Shown piece by piece: positions 1 through 10,998 of a DNA stretch of 43,982 nt. Source of the DNA: a virus (Duplodnaviria; Caudoviricetes); IMG/VR virus record IMGVR_UViG_3300032233_000914, positions 1-43,982 of that record; one strand, written 5' to 3'. Made by a program: the position numbers and the translations under genes. Position 1 is the first letter of the stretch; each line of letters starts with the position of its first letter. Below the pieces are notes generated by a model. The model saw nothing but the letters and a program-made list of their open reading frames with translations. It made no database searches and was not told where the DNA came from.

Positions 1-123
1 AACGTAGATCTACAAGCAAGACTGATGGCATTAGACATTCTTGCCCAAGAAAAAGCTATTTGGCCTGACATGTACGCCATTGGGCGTTCAGGTGGAATGC
101 CCCGTATTATTGGTGGACAATGG
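1..123. repeat. Terminal direct repeat, copy 1 (identical to 43860-43982); circular assembly overlap
   Basis: The first 123 nt are repeated exactly at the end of the window, and the repeat lies inside the portal reading frame. Confidence 0.95.
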
Positions 124-1026
124 AAAGATGGTCGTGAAGGTGAAATCAACTTGCTACAGGACGTTGAGTCCATCGGTCAGATTCGATCCACGCCAGACAT
201 TAGGACCACGCAAACCATTGACCGTCTTGAACGCAACTTCCGCACCTCAACGGGTTTGGTTCCACAATTTGGTGGTGAGACTTACGGTGCTTTGCGTACT
301 GGTCGTGGTATGGACGCTATGGCCGGTATGGCTGTTGATCCGCGCATTCAAGAACTGCACGAAATCAGTGAAGCGTGGCTACCACATCTTAACTCAGCAA
401 TTCTTGCTACCTATAAAGCGTATTGGCCTGATAAGAAGTATTCAATGTACTCTGGATGGGCTGGAGACAAAGGCATTGTCACATTTACGCCGCAGGAACA
501 CATAGAACTGTTAGATAACACAGTTTCTTATAACCTTCCTGGTGCTGATGTTATGCAACAGACACAGATCCTTGGGTCGTTGCGTGGTGCTAAAGCCATT
601 TCGGGTCGCACTTTTAGAGCTATGCATCCGTACATTGATGATCATGAGGCTGAAGAGCGTCTTGTTCAGGATGAGGACTTTGATGATGCTTTGCGTCAGA
701 GTGTTTTGCAGAAGCTTTTGACTGGTGAGTTGCCGTTGATTGCTTCTACGATGATCAAGAAGTATTTGTCTGCTGGTAAAGATATTTTTGATGCTGTTGC
801 TATGGCTGATGACGAGATGCGTAAGCGTCAAGCATCAGAAGCACCGCCAGCTCCTGAAGGAATGGTTGCACCACCTGAGGCTATGCCTGGTATGGCTGGA
901 CCGCCTGAGCAGATGATGGCTATGCAACAGGCTCAGGCTCAGGCTCAAGCCCCGCAAGCACCTGAAAATCCACGAGCAAATATGCAACAGTTACTACAGG
1001 CAATGCAAGGAGGACAAGGTGCCTAG
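1..1026 (+). CDS. Portal protein, C-terminal part (continues from 43044 across the join; about 613 aa in total)
   Basis: Frame 1 is open from base 1 and in frame with the ORF starting at 43044. Directly follows terminase; typical podovirus portal size with a Pro/Gln/Met-rich tail. Confidence 0.8.
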   Translation, partial: NVDLQARLMALDILAQEKAIWPDMYAIGRSGGMPRIIGGQWKDGREGEINLLQDVESIGQIRSTPDIRTTQTIDRLERNFRTSTGLVPQFGGETYGALRTGRGMDAMAGMAVDPRIQELHEISEAWLPHLNSAILATYKAYWPDKKYSMYSGWAGDKGIVTFTPQEHIELLDNTVSYNLPGADVMQQTQILGSLRGAKAISGRTFRAMHPYIDDHEAEERLVQDEDFDDALRQSVLQKLLTGELPLIASTMIKKYLSAGKDIFDAVAMADDEMRKRQASEAPPAPEGMVAPPEAMPGMAGPPEQMMAMQQAQAQAQAPQAPENPRANMQQLLQAMQGGQGA

Positions 1027-1471
1027 AGCAAAGAAAACTTTGGCTGGTGGTCAAGGTCAAGCATCACAAGTTATTAAAGGTCAAACATATGGTGAAGGTG
1101 TCCAACAACAGGCTCTACAAGCCACTATGCCGGCGCCACAAGCAAATATGGGTGTAAGAGTACCTACTGCTCAACCATCAGCCCCTAGCACATCACAGAG
1201 TGAACCTACACAAGATCAAAATGGCACTCAAGCACAGAAACCTGATCTTGCTGCTTTGATTCAACAACTTAAAGGTGTTGGTGGGCAACTTAATGCTCCT
1301 GATGATCAGCCTGATAGACCGTTTAATACTGGTTTGCCTGGTGGTGTAGGAAATGAAATTGGTAATCCGATGCGACCATACGTGAATCGAACAGCACAAA
1401 TTATGCGAGATCTTTCTGCTCGTACAGGAGATCCTATTTTTGCAAACCTTGCTGCTAGGGCAAGGTTGTAA
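1019..1471 (+). CDS. Hypothetical Pro/Gln-rich virion-module protein
   Basis: GTG start overlapping the end of the portal gene, GGAGG upstream, 150 aa. Confidence 0.7.
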   Translation: MPRAKKTLAGGQGQASQVIKGQTYGEGVQQQALQATMPAPQANMGVRVPTAQPSAPSTSQSEPTQDQNGTQAQKPDLAALIQQLKGVGGQLNAPDDQPDRPFNTGLPGGVGNEIGNPMRPYVNRTAQIMRDLSARTGDPIFANLAARARL

Positions 1472-1473
1472 AA

Positions 1474-4400
1474 ATGTCAGATGTTTCTAGTGTTGATCAG
1501 CTTGAACAAGACCGTAATGCTGTAAGTAAAATTACTGCACAGTTTGGTATGGATAATCGTTTGGCGTGGCGTACGCGAATGATTGTTAATCAAAACCCGT
1601 ATATGGCTAATCGCCCTGAAGCAGTTTTAAATCTTGCTCAAATGGCATTATCTGATAACGATTTATTAGCAAATGTTGGCCAAATGTACGGTATGGAAAA
1701 TGCCTCAAACATGGCTGACGATCTTAAAAATTATTCACCTTCAATACAAAGATCTATTTATAGTTCATTAACTCCAGCACAACAAGGAACTCTTGTTCAA
1801 ATGGGTTATGAAATTCCTAAATCTGATTTAAATAATTCGTCTTGGTTTGACGAAGTTTTAGGCGGTGTAGCTAAACCAGTTGGTGCTGTTATTGGTGGTG
1901 TTGGTAAACCACTAATGAAAGTTGTTAGTCCAGCATTACAATTAATAGATACAGTTTCAGATACGGTCATGTTTAGACCATATCGGACCATTCGACAGTT
2001 AGATGATCCAATACAAATTCTTGGTTTGGGTGCCGCTGTTGCTGGTGGTGTTGCTGCTGTAGCGTTAGCACCAGCAACATTTGGCGCAAGTTTAGGTACG
2101 TTGGGAACTTTGGCTATTGCAGGAGCAGGAGCCGCAGTAGGTGCTTCTGCTACTACTTTGGCAGCTCAAACTCTTATTGGTAACCCGCTTGATTGGACTA
2201 ATGCTTGGTCTCGTGCAGGTAATGGTGAACGTTTATTTAAAGATAGCGGTTTACAAAAAGCTGAAGATATTCTTGGTGATTCACGTCTTGTAAACTTGGC
2301 TGAACAATTTGCTTCAGAAATGGATGACTATTCTTTATTAGATATTGCGCGTGACGTTGCTGGAACGGACCAAGGTTTAAATCCTACTGCACAAGTTAAA
2401 GAAGTTATTCAAGTTGCATCAAAGTTTGCTGATGAGGGAACTGCTGAACATAAAAAACTTGTTAGTGGTTTAACAGAACTATTAGCAAGCCCGTTGTTTC
2501 AAGATGCTGTAAAAACACTTGTTCAAAGTAAAATTAGTATCGGTCGAGATGTTGCAGGTGTTATAGGTTTAGATCCTGATTCCGATGCTTACCGCTGGGT
2601 TTCTGGTGGTATTGATGCAGCAACTGTTATTGCTCTTGACCCATTCATTATTGCAGGTAAATTTGCTCATGGCTGGCAGTTTGCTCGTCGTGGTTTACAA
2701 TGGGCTGACGGTGCTGTTGCTGTTGAACGAGTACGTAAAGTTGCACAATTACCTGAAATGCAAAGAGTATTTAAAGAAGTAGCACGTGCTGTTAATGATG
2801 GCAATATTCGTCGTTTAGATCTTTATGCCCCTTGGATGAAACCAGCATTTGATGATTTACGACAGCAAAAATATCTTTTAGATGACTTGGCCGAAAGCGG
2901 AACTATTGCACGGCAACCCGATAAAGTATTTGATGAAAACGATGTTGTTGATTGGCTTGTTGGTCAAAACAACCTTAAATCAATTATGTCCGGAACTGGT
3001 ATTATTAAAGGTGCTGGCGAAGGAACATTGCGTGGGTTAAACAAAACTCAATATGCAATGCGTACTGCCAAAGGTACTGTTAAAGAATTTTTCCGTGGCG
3101 TTGATGAAGTTGCAGCAAAAAAACTTGGTCAAGGTAAAACGCTTGCCCAAAAAATATCTGTTCCCTCAATTGGTAATACAACACCATTGCAATTACAAAA
3201 AATTGCTGTAGACAACCCTTCTTTTTATGATGACCTCGTTCAAGATTTACCTGTTGAGTGGCAAACTAATCCACATTTAATTGATGCTCTTAACCCTAAA
3301 GCTTTTGAAACAGGAACATATTTTGCCAACATACCTGGTGTTAAATCATTAGGTGCTTTTGTAAACGCAATAACAAAAATGGTTCCAGGAAGATACGTTA
3401 AACTTGTTGGCGCTGAGTCAATGCAAGAGATAGAAAACTTTGTTGACCTTTTCCGTGTAGCAGCAGTACCTGATTCAGTTCGACACATTTGGAAAAAAAT
3501 TATTCTTGATGCCCCAGATGTTGGAACACGTTTAAACGCAATTAGTTCAATGTACCGAAGTTTTTTTGATGCAGCAGGATTAAAATTAAGTGACGATGTT
3601 GCCGAATGGGCAGACGATCTTCTTAAAGCAACTAAGCAGTCCTACTCTATTGGCCCTAATGGTCGTGCAGTTATTAACGGCACAGAAACAATGCGGGCAG
3701 TATTACCTTTTGCTGATAACGCTGTTGCTATAAGCATCCCAGATTTACAGTCAATACGTAAAGCCGCACGTCAAGGTTCAATTATGCGTGTTATGGCAGG
3801 CATTCCAGAATCAACACCAATTAAAGCTTTCCAAGATAAATATTGGAAACCAGCAGTTTTGCTTCGTTATGGTTTTGCTGTACGAAACGGCATGGAAGAT
3901 CTTGCTGGTTGGATTAGTCGTGCTGGTATCGGCTATATGGCTCAAGAGTTTGCTTCACGCAACTTAGCCAAACACGAACTTTTTGATGAAGCAGTAACAC
4001 TTGCACGACAAGGAATTAAAGTATCACCACAAGAAGAACAAGCATTGCTAAGAAATTTTGGCATTCCAGCACACATGCGTCCGGTTCAACGTATTGTTGA
4101 AAAGATTGGTGTGGCTGGAGACCCAGCTTTGCTTGGGCTTCAACATTACAACGATTGGTTATACGAAAAATTAGCTAACGGTTTTGGTTCTAAAACTTTG
4201 AATGGTTGGTTAAAGAAAATAGATGAACTTCCAACAGGAGGTTCTGGTTGGGCTGTTGGCGACAAATGGCTTGCTCCCGACACATTAAAAGCAAACTTTA
4301 ATAGCAATATAAAAGCATTGTTTTTAGGTAACCCATATTCAAGTCGTCGAATGATGATGGGTGGAGTTAACGTAGAACTTTTAGAATCAGCAAAAAGTTT

Positions 4401-7400
4401 CCAAAACATTTTTGGTAAATCGTTGATGGAAAAAATTGGTACTACTAATCTTCTTCCAGGACAAAGACCCATTACTGGAGAAGAGTTTTTCCAAGCACAA
4501 GTAGGACAAAAATCTAAACGAGGTACTGGCCGAATAGATTTTCTTCATGCTAATGGTGAACGAACTGTCGTTGCAGTAGGTGGTCCTAAATCTCGTTTGT
4601 TACAAGATGGTCATCATGCTGTTTTGGAAAGTGTTGCACGATTAACTGACGATGAGGCTGGGGCATTAGCTCTTGGTTATGTCCAAAAAGTTATTACAAA
4701 AGACATTTTAAAAGATATGTCAGAACAAGAAATACTTGATTTAGTTCTTGATTGGAAAATTCTTCTATCAACAATTGGATCTGATGAAATTGGCCAAGAC
4801 CTTTTTCAAATATATAGAGTGCTAAACGAATCTTTAGAAGAACCAGCCGTTGCTGCTAAAAGATTTCAAGCTTTAGTAAAACAATTTGAACTTAAAAATT
4901 CGCATTTTGTCCAACCTTTGATGGATCTTCAAAAGCAATTTGGTGGTTTGCGTGCTCCTACATGGGGTGATTTCCAAAATGTTTTTGGACCATGGCGCAA
5001 AGATACAAGACGAGTAGGAAAAGTACTTGATAAATTTCACGCACTACATATTAGAAATATGTCTGAAACTTCGCTTAAATGGACATTTGCAAATATTCAT
5101 TTAGATTACGTATCAAATGGTAGGCATTTAAGTCCAACAGAAATTGAACGATGGAAACAAGAAATAAATCGTGGCCTTCCAGCAACTAACGAATTTAATC
5201 AAATTGGTCCATTTTATGCTGACCGAGATACGGCTTTAGCTAGTGCTAAAAATGATTTGCTAGAAAAATTTAATCGTGGTGAAGGTAAGTATGGAGAACT
5301 AAACCAAAACCGTGAATTTATTCCAACAGTACCTGGTACTGAAGTCAGAGTAATGTTGTTCCCACGGCTAGGTACAGGCCCAATTGACCCAAAGTTTTTA
5401 CAAGGAACTTTAACTGATTCTTTAGGTAATATTGATTTAGATAATTTAGCTTTTAGTGTTTTTGGTTTAGATGTTGCAACTTTAAATTCGTCACAACTTA
5501 AAGCTTTGCAAGGTATTGGCGATCAAATTCTTAATTCAATTTTGACTCGCAATGAACTAGTTCTTGCTGGCATGAATGATGCTCAAATATTTAGATTACG
5601 AACATTAATTGATACTGCTTTTAAAAATGCTGGTTACCCAGGTATCCCAGATATTGCACGAGCACGTTTAATGGTTGGTGGCAATAGCGCATTGACTCAG
5701 GCATATCCTGATATTGCTGAACGTATTCACACATTAAAAACAGGACCAAGTGGAGCTGATCAAGTATCAGTTATTGGTTGGGATCAAAATGTTTATCCGT
5801 TGACACGAGATTACCTCGACACTGCTACAGCAAATATTGGAAACGAAACACTAGTAGAAACACTAATTACTGCCGTAAGAGATCGTGTTACTGCTGGCCG
5901 ACGAACAGTATTTCATGTTGCTGAAGATCAAACTTTGTATCGAAACCTTAACGGCAAAGCACTTCAAGTACCACCTGGAACAATTATTGATACAACTGAT
6001 ACATATTTCTTAGATACCAAATTAAGTAAACCAGTAGAGTTAGGAAATCAAAGATACATTAAATCTTCTGCTGTCAGCTTTGAAGGTAACGATGAAATTT
6101 TATGGTCAATTGTTTCACCTATTTCTTATGATCATGCTGAACTTGTTTCAGGTAAAATGCTTGAAGCTCCTAAAAATAGTACACCAGTATTTGTTGATGG
6201 AAAATATGTTGATGTGTCAACAGAATTTGATCGTCTAAGAACTTCGTCAGTACGAGATGTTTCTAAAACATCTGCTGGAATGCTTCCAGATTTTGAAATA
6301 GCAAAAGTATACGAACCAAAGTATACGAACGCTTGGGATCGTTTTGTTCAGTACGGATTCAATAATGTTATTGGATCTTCAATTGATGCTATTGCTCGTC
6401 GCCCAATGGCTTTCCACGCTTTTCACCAAGCACGATCACGTAACATTAAATCTGTTGAATGGTTATTCCGAGGTACGCAAGCCGAAGCAACATTAAACAG
6501 TCGTATTTCAATTCTTAACGGAAAAAAAGTATTTGCTACTGCCGGTCCTGCACAAATGCAAAAGTTTGGTGACGTTGGTCGTCTTGCAGGTGAAGCGCAT
6601 GCTGTTGAAGGTTTTAGACATTGGTCGGACCGTGAAGCATTTGCATATCTTAAGGGATTCTGGAATCATTCCGATCCACAGCAATTAGATAATTTAATGA
6701 ACCAAATAAAAGCTGGTGTTGCTAGAGGTTCTGAACAATTTAATGATGCACAAGCAAAAGCTTTAGTACGATGGTTTGAACGAAATAATGGTAACTTGGC
6801 TGTAACTTTGCCTCATGATGTTGACGCTTTTGATTTTGTAGATCATATTGACGCTTACTTTGGTGAAGGTTCAGCACTTTTAGGAAAACCTATTACACCA
6901 AATAAACTTTTGAATGGTGGTCCAAACGGACCAGCTATGGGACTTTATCGTGATTTAGAAATAGAAGATTGGGACGCAATTAAAAAAGCGGCAGAAGCAA
7001 AAAAACTTGCTTACACAAACGCCGAAGAATATGCTGCCGAATACGCAATCCGTGACATTATGCCATTTATTGACAGTCACGAATTCCGTTCACAATTTGC
7101 TGATTGGGCTAGAGGTTACCTGCCTTTCTGGTATGCACAAGAAAACTTTTTAAAACGTTGGGCAAAAACATTTACCCTTGACGGTGCTGCTGGAACATTT
7201 GCTCAAGCAAGAAAAATGCAATTAGCATTTACTGGTCTTAAAACTATGGGTGTTATTCGTGAGGATGCTCAGGGTAAAAGCCATTTTGTTTATCCAGGAT
7301 CTGATCTACTTATTGAAGCTGTATCAAAAATTCCTGGCCTTAACTTGTTGCCAGTTCAAGCAATGTTACAAAGTCCTGCTGATCGAATGATTCCTGGTTT

Positions 7401-8697
7401 TGAAAGCAATGTCGCTGCTGCTGGTGTCACTCCTTTGCTTGGTATGCCGTTAGAGTTTGTTCAAAGTTTGATGCCCGAAAGCCAAGGTATGCGTGACTTG
7501 CAACGTGCTTTAGTAGGCGACATGGCTACGACTCGTTCTATGTGGGACTATGTTGTGCCTGCTTCAGTTAAAAATAGTTTTAATGCTATTACTGCTTACG
7601 CTGGTATTAACGACAGTAAACCTAATGAAAAGATTGCTTCAGCAATGATGGCAGCAATGGCACAACTTGAAGCCGTTGATCAAGGTTTGCCTGATGATGC
7701 TACGCCTGGCCAAATTGATGATTATCTTCGTACCGTGCGTAATCATGCTCGTACTATTATGATAGCTCAAGCTTTGGCTGGATGGTTTACTCCTGGACCG
7801 GCTGTTGCTTTGCAAGTTAATGAGAATCAAACATCTATTTCTTGGTTGACTGATGGGGCTATTACTAACCCAGCAGAATTGTTGTCGTCTACTTACTATG
7901 AGTTGATTCAGGAACTTGGTATTGAAGAGGGAACAATTCGTTATTTAGAGTTGTATCCCAATAACCGTATTAACGATGTTGTTAATCCGCTTGCTTATAC
8001 TGTTGCAAAAAGTACTACTCGTTCTGGTGCGCCTTTGCCTTCAACTGAAGAAAGTATTAGTTTTTATTTTGATAACAAGAATTTGTTGGATCAATACCCT
8101 GAAGCTGGTGCATGGTTGTTGCCTGCTTCGGACAGTAAAGAAGATCGTACTAAGTATGCTTACGACAACGAAGTTATTGAAGGTTTAAGATTCTCGAAAA
8201 CTCCTGACGAATTTTTGACTGAACTAAAATTTAAAGAAGGCGCTAACCAATACTTTACGGCTCGCCAATCATATTTGGATCAATATGAAGCGTTGAGAGA
8301 TGCTGGTCAAAAAAGTAAAGCGGCAGCATTAAAAAATGCGTGGGATTCTGCGTCGGCTATGTTCCGAGCAGCTCATCCTGTTTTTAATGAGCGTCTTGTT
8401 AGTTCTGATGCTCGTACACGTAGGGCGCGGACTATAGATCAAATGAGATTGCTTATTAATGATCCTGAGGTTCCGCAGTCGCCACAGTTTAAAGGTTTGC
8501 GTATTCTTATGAATTCGTATGATTCTTATATGGTGAATAAAGGAAGTTTGGGTTTAAATAAATCTGCTCGTGGTAGGGCTACTTCTGAGGTTCTTAAACA
8601 ACAGTTTGAACAATGGACTTCTAATTTCTTGTTAGAATATCCTGAAATAAATACATTTTGGATGACGGTTCTCCGTCCAGAGACAGGACTTGACTAA
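1474..8697 (+). CDS. Very large internal virion / DNA-ejection protein (2407 aa)
   Basis: Size, position in a podovirus-like structural operon, a hydrophobic Gly/Ala-rich segment at about aa 180-235, and a C-terminal 'LPFWYAQENFLKRW' segment of the kind seen in ejection proteins. Function is inferred. Confidence 0.6.
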   Translation: MSDVSSVDQLEQDRNAVSKITAQFGMDNRLAWRTRMIVNQNPYMANRPEAVLNLAQMALSDNDLLANVGQMYGMENASNMADDLKNYSPSIQRSIYSSLTPAQQGTLVQMGYEIPKSDLNNSSWFDEVLGGVAKPVGAVIGGVGKPLMKVVSPALQLIDTVSDTVMFRPYRTIRQLDDPIQILGLGAAVAGGVAAVALAPATFGASLGTLGTLAIAGAGAAVGASATTLAAQTLIGNPLDWTNAWSRAGNGERLFKDSGLQKAEDILGDSRLVNLAEQFASEMDDYSLLDIARDVAGTDQGLNPTAQVKEVIQVASKFADEGTAEHKKLVSGLTELLASPLFQDAVKTLVQSKISIGRDVAGVIGLDPDSDAYRWVSGGIDAATVIALDPFIIAGKFAHGWQFARRGLQWADGAVAVERVRKVAQLPEMQRVFKEVARAVNDGNIRRLDLYAPWMKPAFDDLRQQKYLLDDLAESGTIARQPDKVFDENDVVDWLVGQNNLKSIMSGTGIIKGAGEGTLRGLNKTQYAMRTAKGTVKEFFRGVDEVAAKKLGQGKTLAQKISVPSIGNTTPLQLQKIAVDNPSFYDDLVQDLPVEWQTNPHLIDALNPKAFETGTYFANIPGVKSLGAFVNAITKMVPGRYVKLVGAESMQEIENFVDLFRVAAVPDSVRHIWKKIILDAPDVGTRLNAISSMYRSFFDAAGLKLSDDVAEWADDLLKATKQSYSIGPNGRAVINGTETMRAVLPFADNAVAISIPDLQSIRKAARQGSIMRVMAGIPESTPIKAFQDKYWKPAVLLRYGFAVRNGMEDLAGWISRAGIGYMAQEFASRNLAKHELFDEAVTLARQGIKVSPQEEQALLRNFGIPAHMRPVQRIVEKIGVAGDPALLGLQHYNDWLYEKLANGFGSKTLNGWLKKIDELPTGGSGWAVGDKWLAPDTLKANFNSNIKALFLGNPYSSRRMMMGGVNVELLESAKSFQNIFGKSLMEKIGTTNLLPGQRPITGEEFFQAQVGQKSKRGTGRIDFLHANGERTVVAVGGPKSRLLQDGHHAVLESVARLTDDEAGALALGYVQKVITKDILKDMSEQEILDLVLDWKILLSTIGSDEIGQDLFQIYRVLNESLEEPAVAAKRFQALVKQFELKNSHFVQPLMDLQKQFGGLRAPTWGDFQNVFGPWRKDTRRVGKVLDKFHALHIRNMSETSLKWTFANIHLDYVSNGRHLSPTEIERWKQEINRGLPATNEFNQIGPFYADRDTALASAKNDLLEKFNRGEGKYGELNQNREFIPTVPGTEVRVMLFPRLGTGPIDPKFLQGTLTDSLGNIDLDNLAFSVFGLDVATLNSSQLKALQGIGDQILNSILTRNELVLAGMNDAQIFRLRTLIDTAFKNAGYPGIPDIARARLMVGGNSALTQAYPDIAERIHTLKTGPSGADQVSVIGWDQNVYPLTRDYLDTATANIGNETLVETLITAVRDRVTAGRRTVFHVAEDQTLYRNLNGKALQVPPGTIIDTTDTYFLDTKLSKPVELGNQRYIKSSAVSFEGNDEILWSIVSPISYDHAELVSGKMLEAPKNSTPVFVDGKYVDVSTEFDRLRTSSVRDVSKTSAGMLPDFEIAKVYEPKYTNAWDRFVQYGFNNVIGSSIDAIARRPMAFHAFHQARSRNIKSVEWLFRGTQAEATLNSRISILNGKKVFATAGPAQMQKFGDVGRLAGEAHAVEGFRHWSDREAFAYLKGFWNHSDPQQLDNLMNQIKAGVARGSEQFNDAQAKALVRWFERNNGNLAVTLPHDVDAFDFVDHIDAYFGEGSALLGKPITPNKLLNGGPNGPAMGLYRDLEIEDWDAIKKAAEAKKLAYTNAEEYAAEYAIRDIMPFIDSHEFRSQFADWARGYLPFWYAQENFLKRWAKTFTLDGAAGTFAQARKMQLAFTGLKTMGVIREDAQGKSHFVYPGSDLLIEAVSKIPGLNLLPVQAMLQSPADRMIPGFESNVAAAGVTPLLGMPLEFVQSLMPESQGMRDLQRALVGDMATTRSMWDYVVPASVKNSFNAITAYAGINDSKPNEKIASAMMAAMAQLEAVDQGLPDDATPGQIDDYLRTVRNHARTIMIAQALAGWFTPGPAVALQVNENQTSISWLTDGAITNPAELLSSTYYELIQELGIEEGTIRYLELYPNNRINDVVNPLAYTVAKSTTRSGAPLPSTEESISFYFDNKNLLDQYPEAGAWLLPASDSKEDRTKYAYDNEVIEGLRFSKTPDEFLTELKFKEGANQYFTARQSYLDQYEALRDAGQKSKAAALKNAWDSASAMFRAAHPVFNERLVSSDARTRRARTIDQMRLLINDPEVPQSPQFKGLRILMNSYDSYMVNKGSLGLNKSARGRATSEVLKQQFEQWTSNFLLEYPEINTFWMTVLRPETGLD

Positions 8698-10055
8698 TGC
8701 CAGATAACAATAAAAACGAATTTATTCTTCCAGATATTTATTCTAGTGATACTTTTGTTGCTTTTGCTAATGCTAATTTTCCTACTTCAGAAATTTTGTC
8801 TGATAAAGAAATTGCTAAAGATTATATAACTAATTTTCTTGGTAAAAGTGTTACTTCTGGTAAGGGAGAATTTAATCTTCTAGTATTAGAAGAAGCTATA
8901 CAATTTTTGCCTGAAGTATTTAAACGAAAAGGTATGCTTGCTAACGTTGATATTCGTCCACTAATAGGTGCATTTACTGATTATGTTGAAAAAGGTAATT
9001 ATTTACGTGATCCTAAAGACATGAAATTTATTACTGGCGATATTAACTCGCGTTATGAAACAATTGCAAAAGAAAAAATTGCAATAATTGCTGCTCAACA
9101 AGGAGTTGCTCTTAATGACGAACTTTTAAATATTGAAGTTAATAAAGCGTTAAATAATTCTAATGGTTTTTCTCCTATTAAATATGGTGAAAATGTTGAT
9201 TTTAAATTAAAAGGTGAACCAACTTCAACTACTCCTTCAGACACAACTGTTACCCCTACGGAAACAAATAATCAACCAACCATTGATGAAGAAGGCAATT
9301 TTGTTTTTGACGTTAATGCTGTTTCTGGCGAATTAGGAGGTTTATCTTATAAACAATATTTACAACGTTACGCAACAGCAACAATTGAAGATCTTTTACG
9401 ATTAGAAGATACCGGAGAAGTTACTACTAGCGAAATTAATGCAGGAGAATTTGTTGCTAATTTGACAGGAAAAGTTTCTGGCACTAACGGCACAACTCCA
9501 GTTATGTGGAGTTTGGCTCAAGCCAAAGAATACTTATGGTCTCTTGATCCTAATAAAGTTGCTGATCTTCAAGACAGTTTAAGAGATGCGGGATACTTTG
9601 ATAAATTAGGGGCTTACCCATATAAGGGTGACAAAGATGAACCAACCGTTTTGGCTTGGGATTTGTTTTTGGCAGATGCATTGCGTAACGGCCAAACACC
9701 ATCTGCACGCCTACAAGGTGCTTCTGATGCTTTTGCTCAACGTATGGCTTCCGGTCAAGGAAATTTGTTTATGGATGAAGAAGATGTTAAAGGTGCTGCT
9801 TTGGCTTTGGGTTCAAAAGTGCTTAATCGTGGCTTGGACCAAACGGAACTTGAGACTTTAACTGCTGCTGTTCGTAATTGGGAAAGAGAAGCTTATAAAA
9901 CAAAAAGCACTGGGCAGAGTGAAACGGGTGATATATTTTCTGAGGTAGATATTACTGCAAGGATTAACAGTTATATGCAAGAAACCTATAATGAAGAAAC
10001 TGTAATAAATAGTTTACCAGAAAATATTAAATTCTTAAAATCGGTTTTTGGGTGA
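8697..10055 (+). CDS. Putative internal virion protein with a peptidoglycan-binding-like segment
   Basis: TAATG coupling; 'VADLQDSLRDAGYF...GDKDEPTVLAW' resembles the PG_binding_1 pattern. Confidence 0.5.
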   Translation: MPDNNKNEFILPDIYSSDTFVAFANANFPTSEILSDKEIAKDYITNFLGKSVTSGKGEFNLLVLEEAIQFLPEVFKRKGMLANVDIRPLIGAFTDYVEKGNYLRDPKDMKFITGDINSRYETIAKEKIAIIAAQQGVALNDELLNIEVNKALNNSNGFSPIKYGENVDFKLKGEPTSTTPSDTTVTPTETNNQPTIDEEGNFVFDVNAVSGELGGLSYKQYLQRYATATIEDLLRLEDTGEVTTSEINAGEFVANLTGKVSGTNGTTPVMWSLAQAKEYLWSLDPNKVADLQDSLRDAGYFDKLGAYPYKGDKDEPTVLAWDLFLADALRNGQTPSARLQGASDAFAQRMASGQGNLFMDEEDVKGAALALGSKVLNRGLDQTELETLTAAVRNWEREAYKTKSTGQSETGDIFSEVDITARINSYMQETYNEETVINSLPENIKFLKSVFG

Positions 10056-10062
10056 GTGAGTA

Positions 10063-10998
10063 ATGGCTGAAACAAACGACAACAAATTAATTACTGCTAA
10101 AGATGCTTTTGGTGAAACTGTAACCAAAACTGCTGCATGGTTTGGCGCTCAACTACAAATTTTTAACGAAGTTCCAGGTTTGCGTAAATATCAAGCCGCT
10201 TTAAATATGGCTACAGATCTTATTTATGATCGTCAAGGCGACAAAAATCTTAACTGGAATGATGTTTGGACTATTGGCCGAACTCACAATATTCCAGTTA
10301 ATGCTATTAGATCTTCTGGTGGTGGTGGCGGTGGCGGGAAATCTGCTGAGGAACGTAAGTTTGATATTCAATCTTTGGCTGTAACTGTTACTAATGAAGC
10401 TAAAAGACTTGGTTTGCAATTAAGTAATGATGCTGTTGTTTATGTGGCTACTGTTGCAGAAAAACAAGGGTTTTCGCAAGAACAATTAACAAGCACTTTG
10501 ACAGGAATGACTGATTGGTCTGCTTTGCAAGAAGGAGATTTAACAACAAACGTGTCAAAATTTAAAGAGTTGGGACGCAACTATCTTGTAAAGATTGATG
10601 ATAAAACTGCTCAAGATTGGGCTGTTCGTATTGCCAACAAATCTCTTTCAGAAAACACTGTTCAATCCATTATTGCTCAACAAGCAAAAACTTTGAATCC
10701 GTGGCTTACAGCAACTATTGATTCGGGTATTTCTCCTATGGATGTTTTGTCTGCTTCTCGAAATAAAATTTCTGATAGTTTAGGAATTGATGGTTCAGCA
10801 ATTGATTTTACTGACAACCAATATTTAAAAATGGTTACAGTTGAAGATCCAAAAACTGGTACACGGTTGGCTACAAATAGTGAATTGCAAAAGAATATTC
10901 GTACTGATTCTCGTTGGGGCAATAGTAAGGAAGCTAAAGATTTAGGTACTTCTATGGCTTCTACTTTAGGTAAAATATTTGGAAGGAGTGCATTCTAA
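10063..10998 (+). CDS. Putative internal virion protein
   Basis: 311 aa ORF with a poly-Gly linker, within the ejection-protein cluster. Confidence 0.55.
   Translation: MAETNDNKLITAKDAFGETVTKTAAWFGAQLQIFNEVPGLRKYQAALNMATDLIYDRQGDKNLNWNDVWTIGRTHNIPVNAIRSSGGGGGGGKSAEERKFDIQSLAVTVTNEAKRLGLQLSNDAVVYVATVAEKQGFSQEQLTSTLTGMTDWSALQEGDLTTNVSKFKELGRNYLVKIDDKTAQDWAVRIANKSLSENTVQSIIAQQAKTLNPWLTATIDSGISPMDVLSASRNKISDSLGIDGSAIDFTDNQYLKMVTVEDPKTGTRLATNSELQKNIRTDSRWGNSKEAKDLGTSMASTLGKIFGRSAF

Noticed and set aside
1474-8697. Calling the 2407-aa protein a tape measure or virion RNA polymerase
   Set aside because: There are no siphovirus tail tube or chaperone genes, and no polymerase catalytic motifs are visible.
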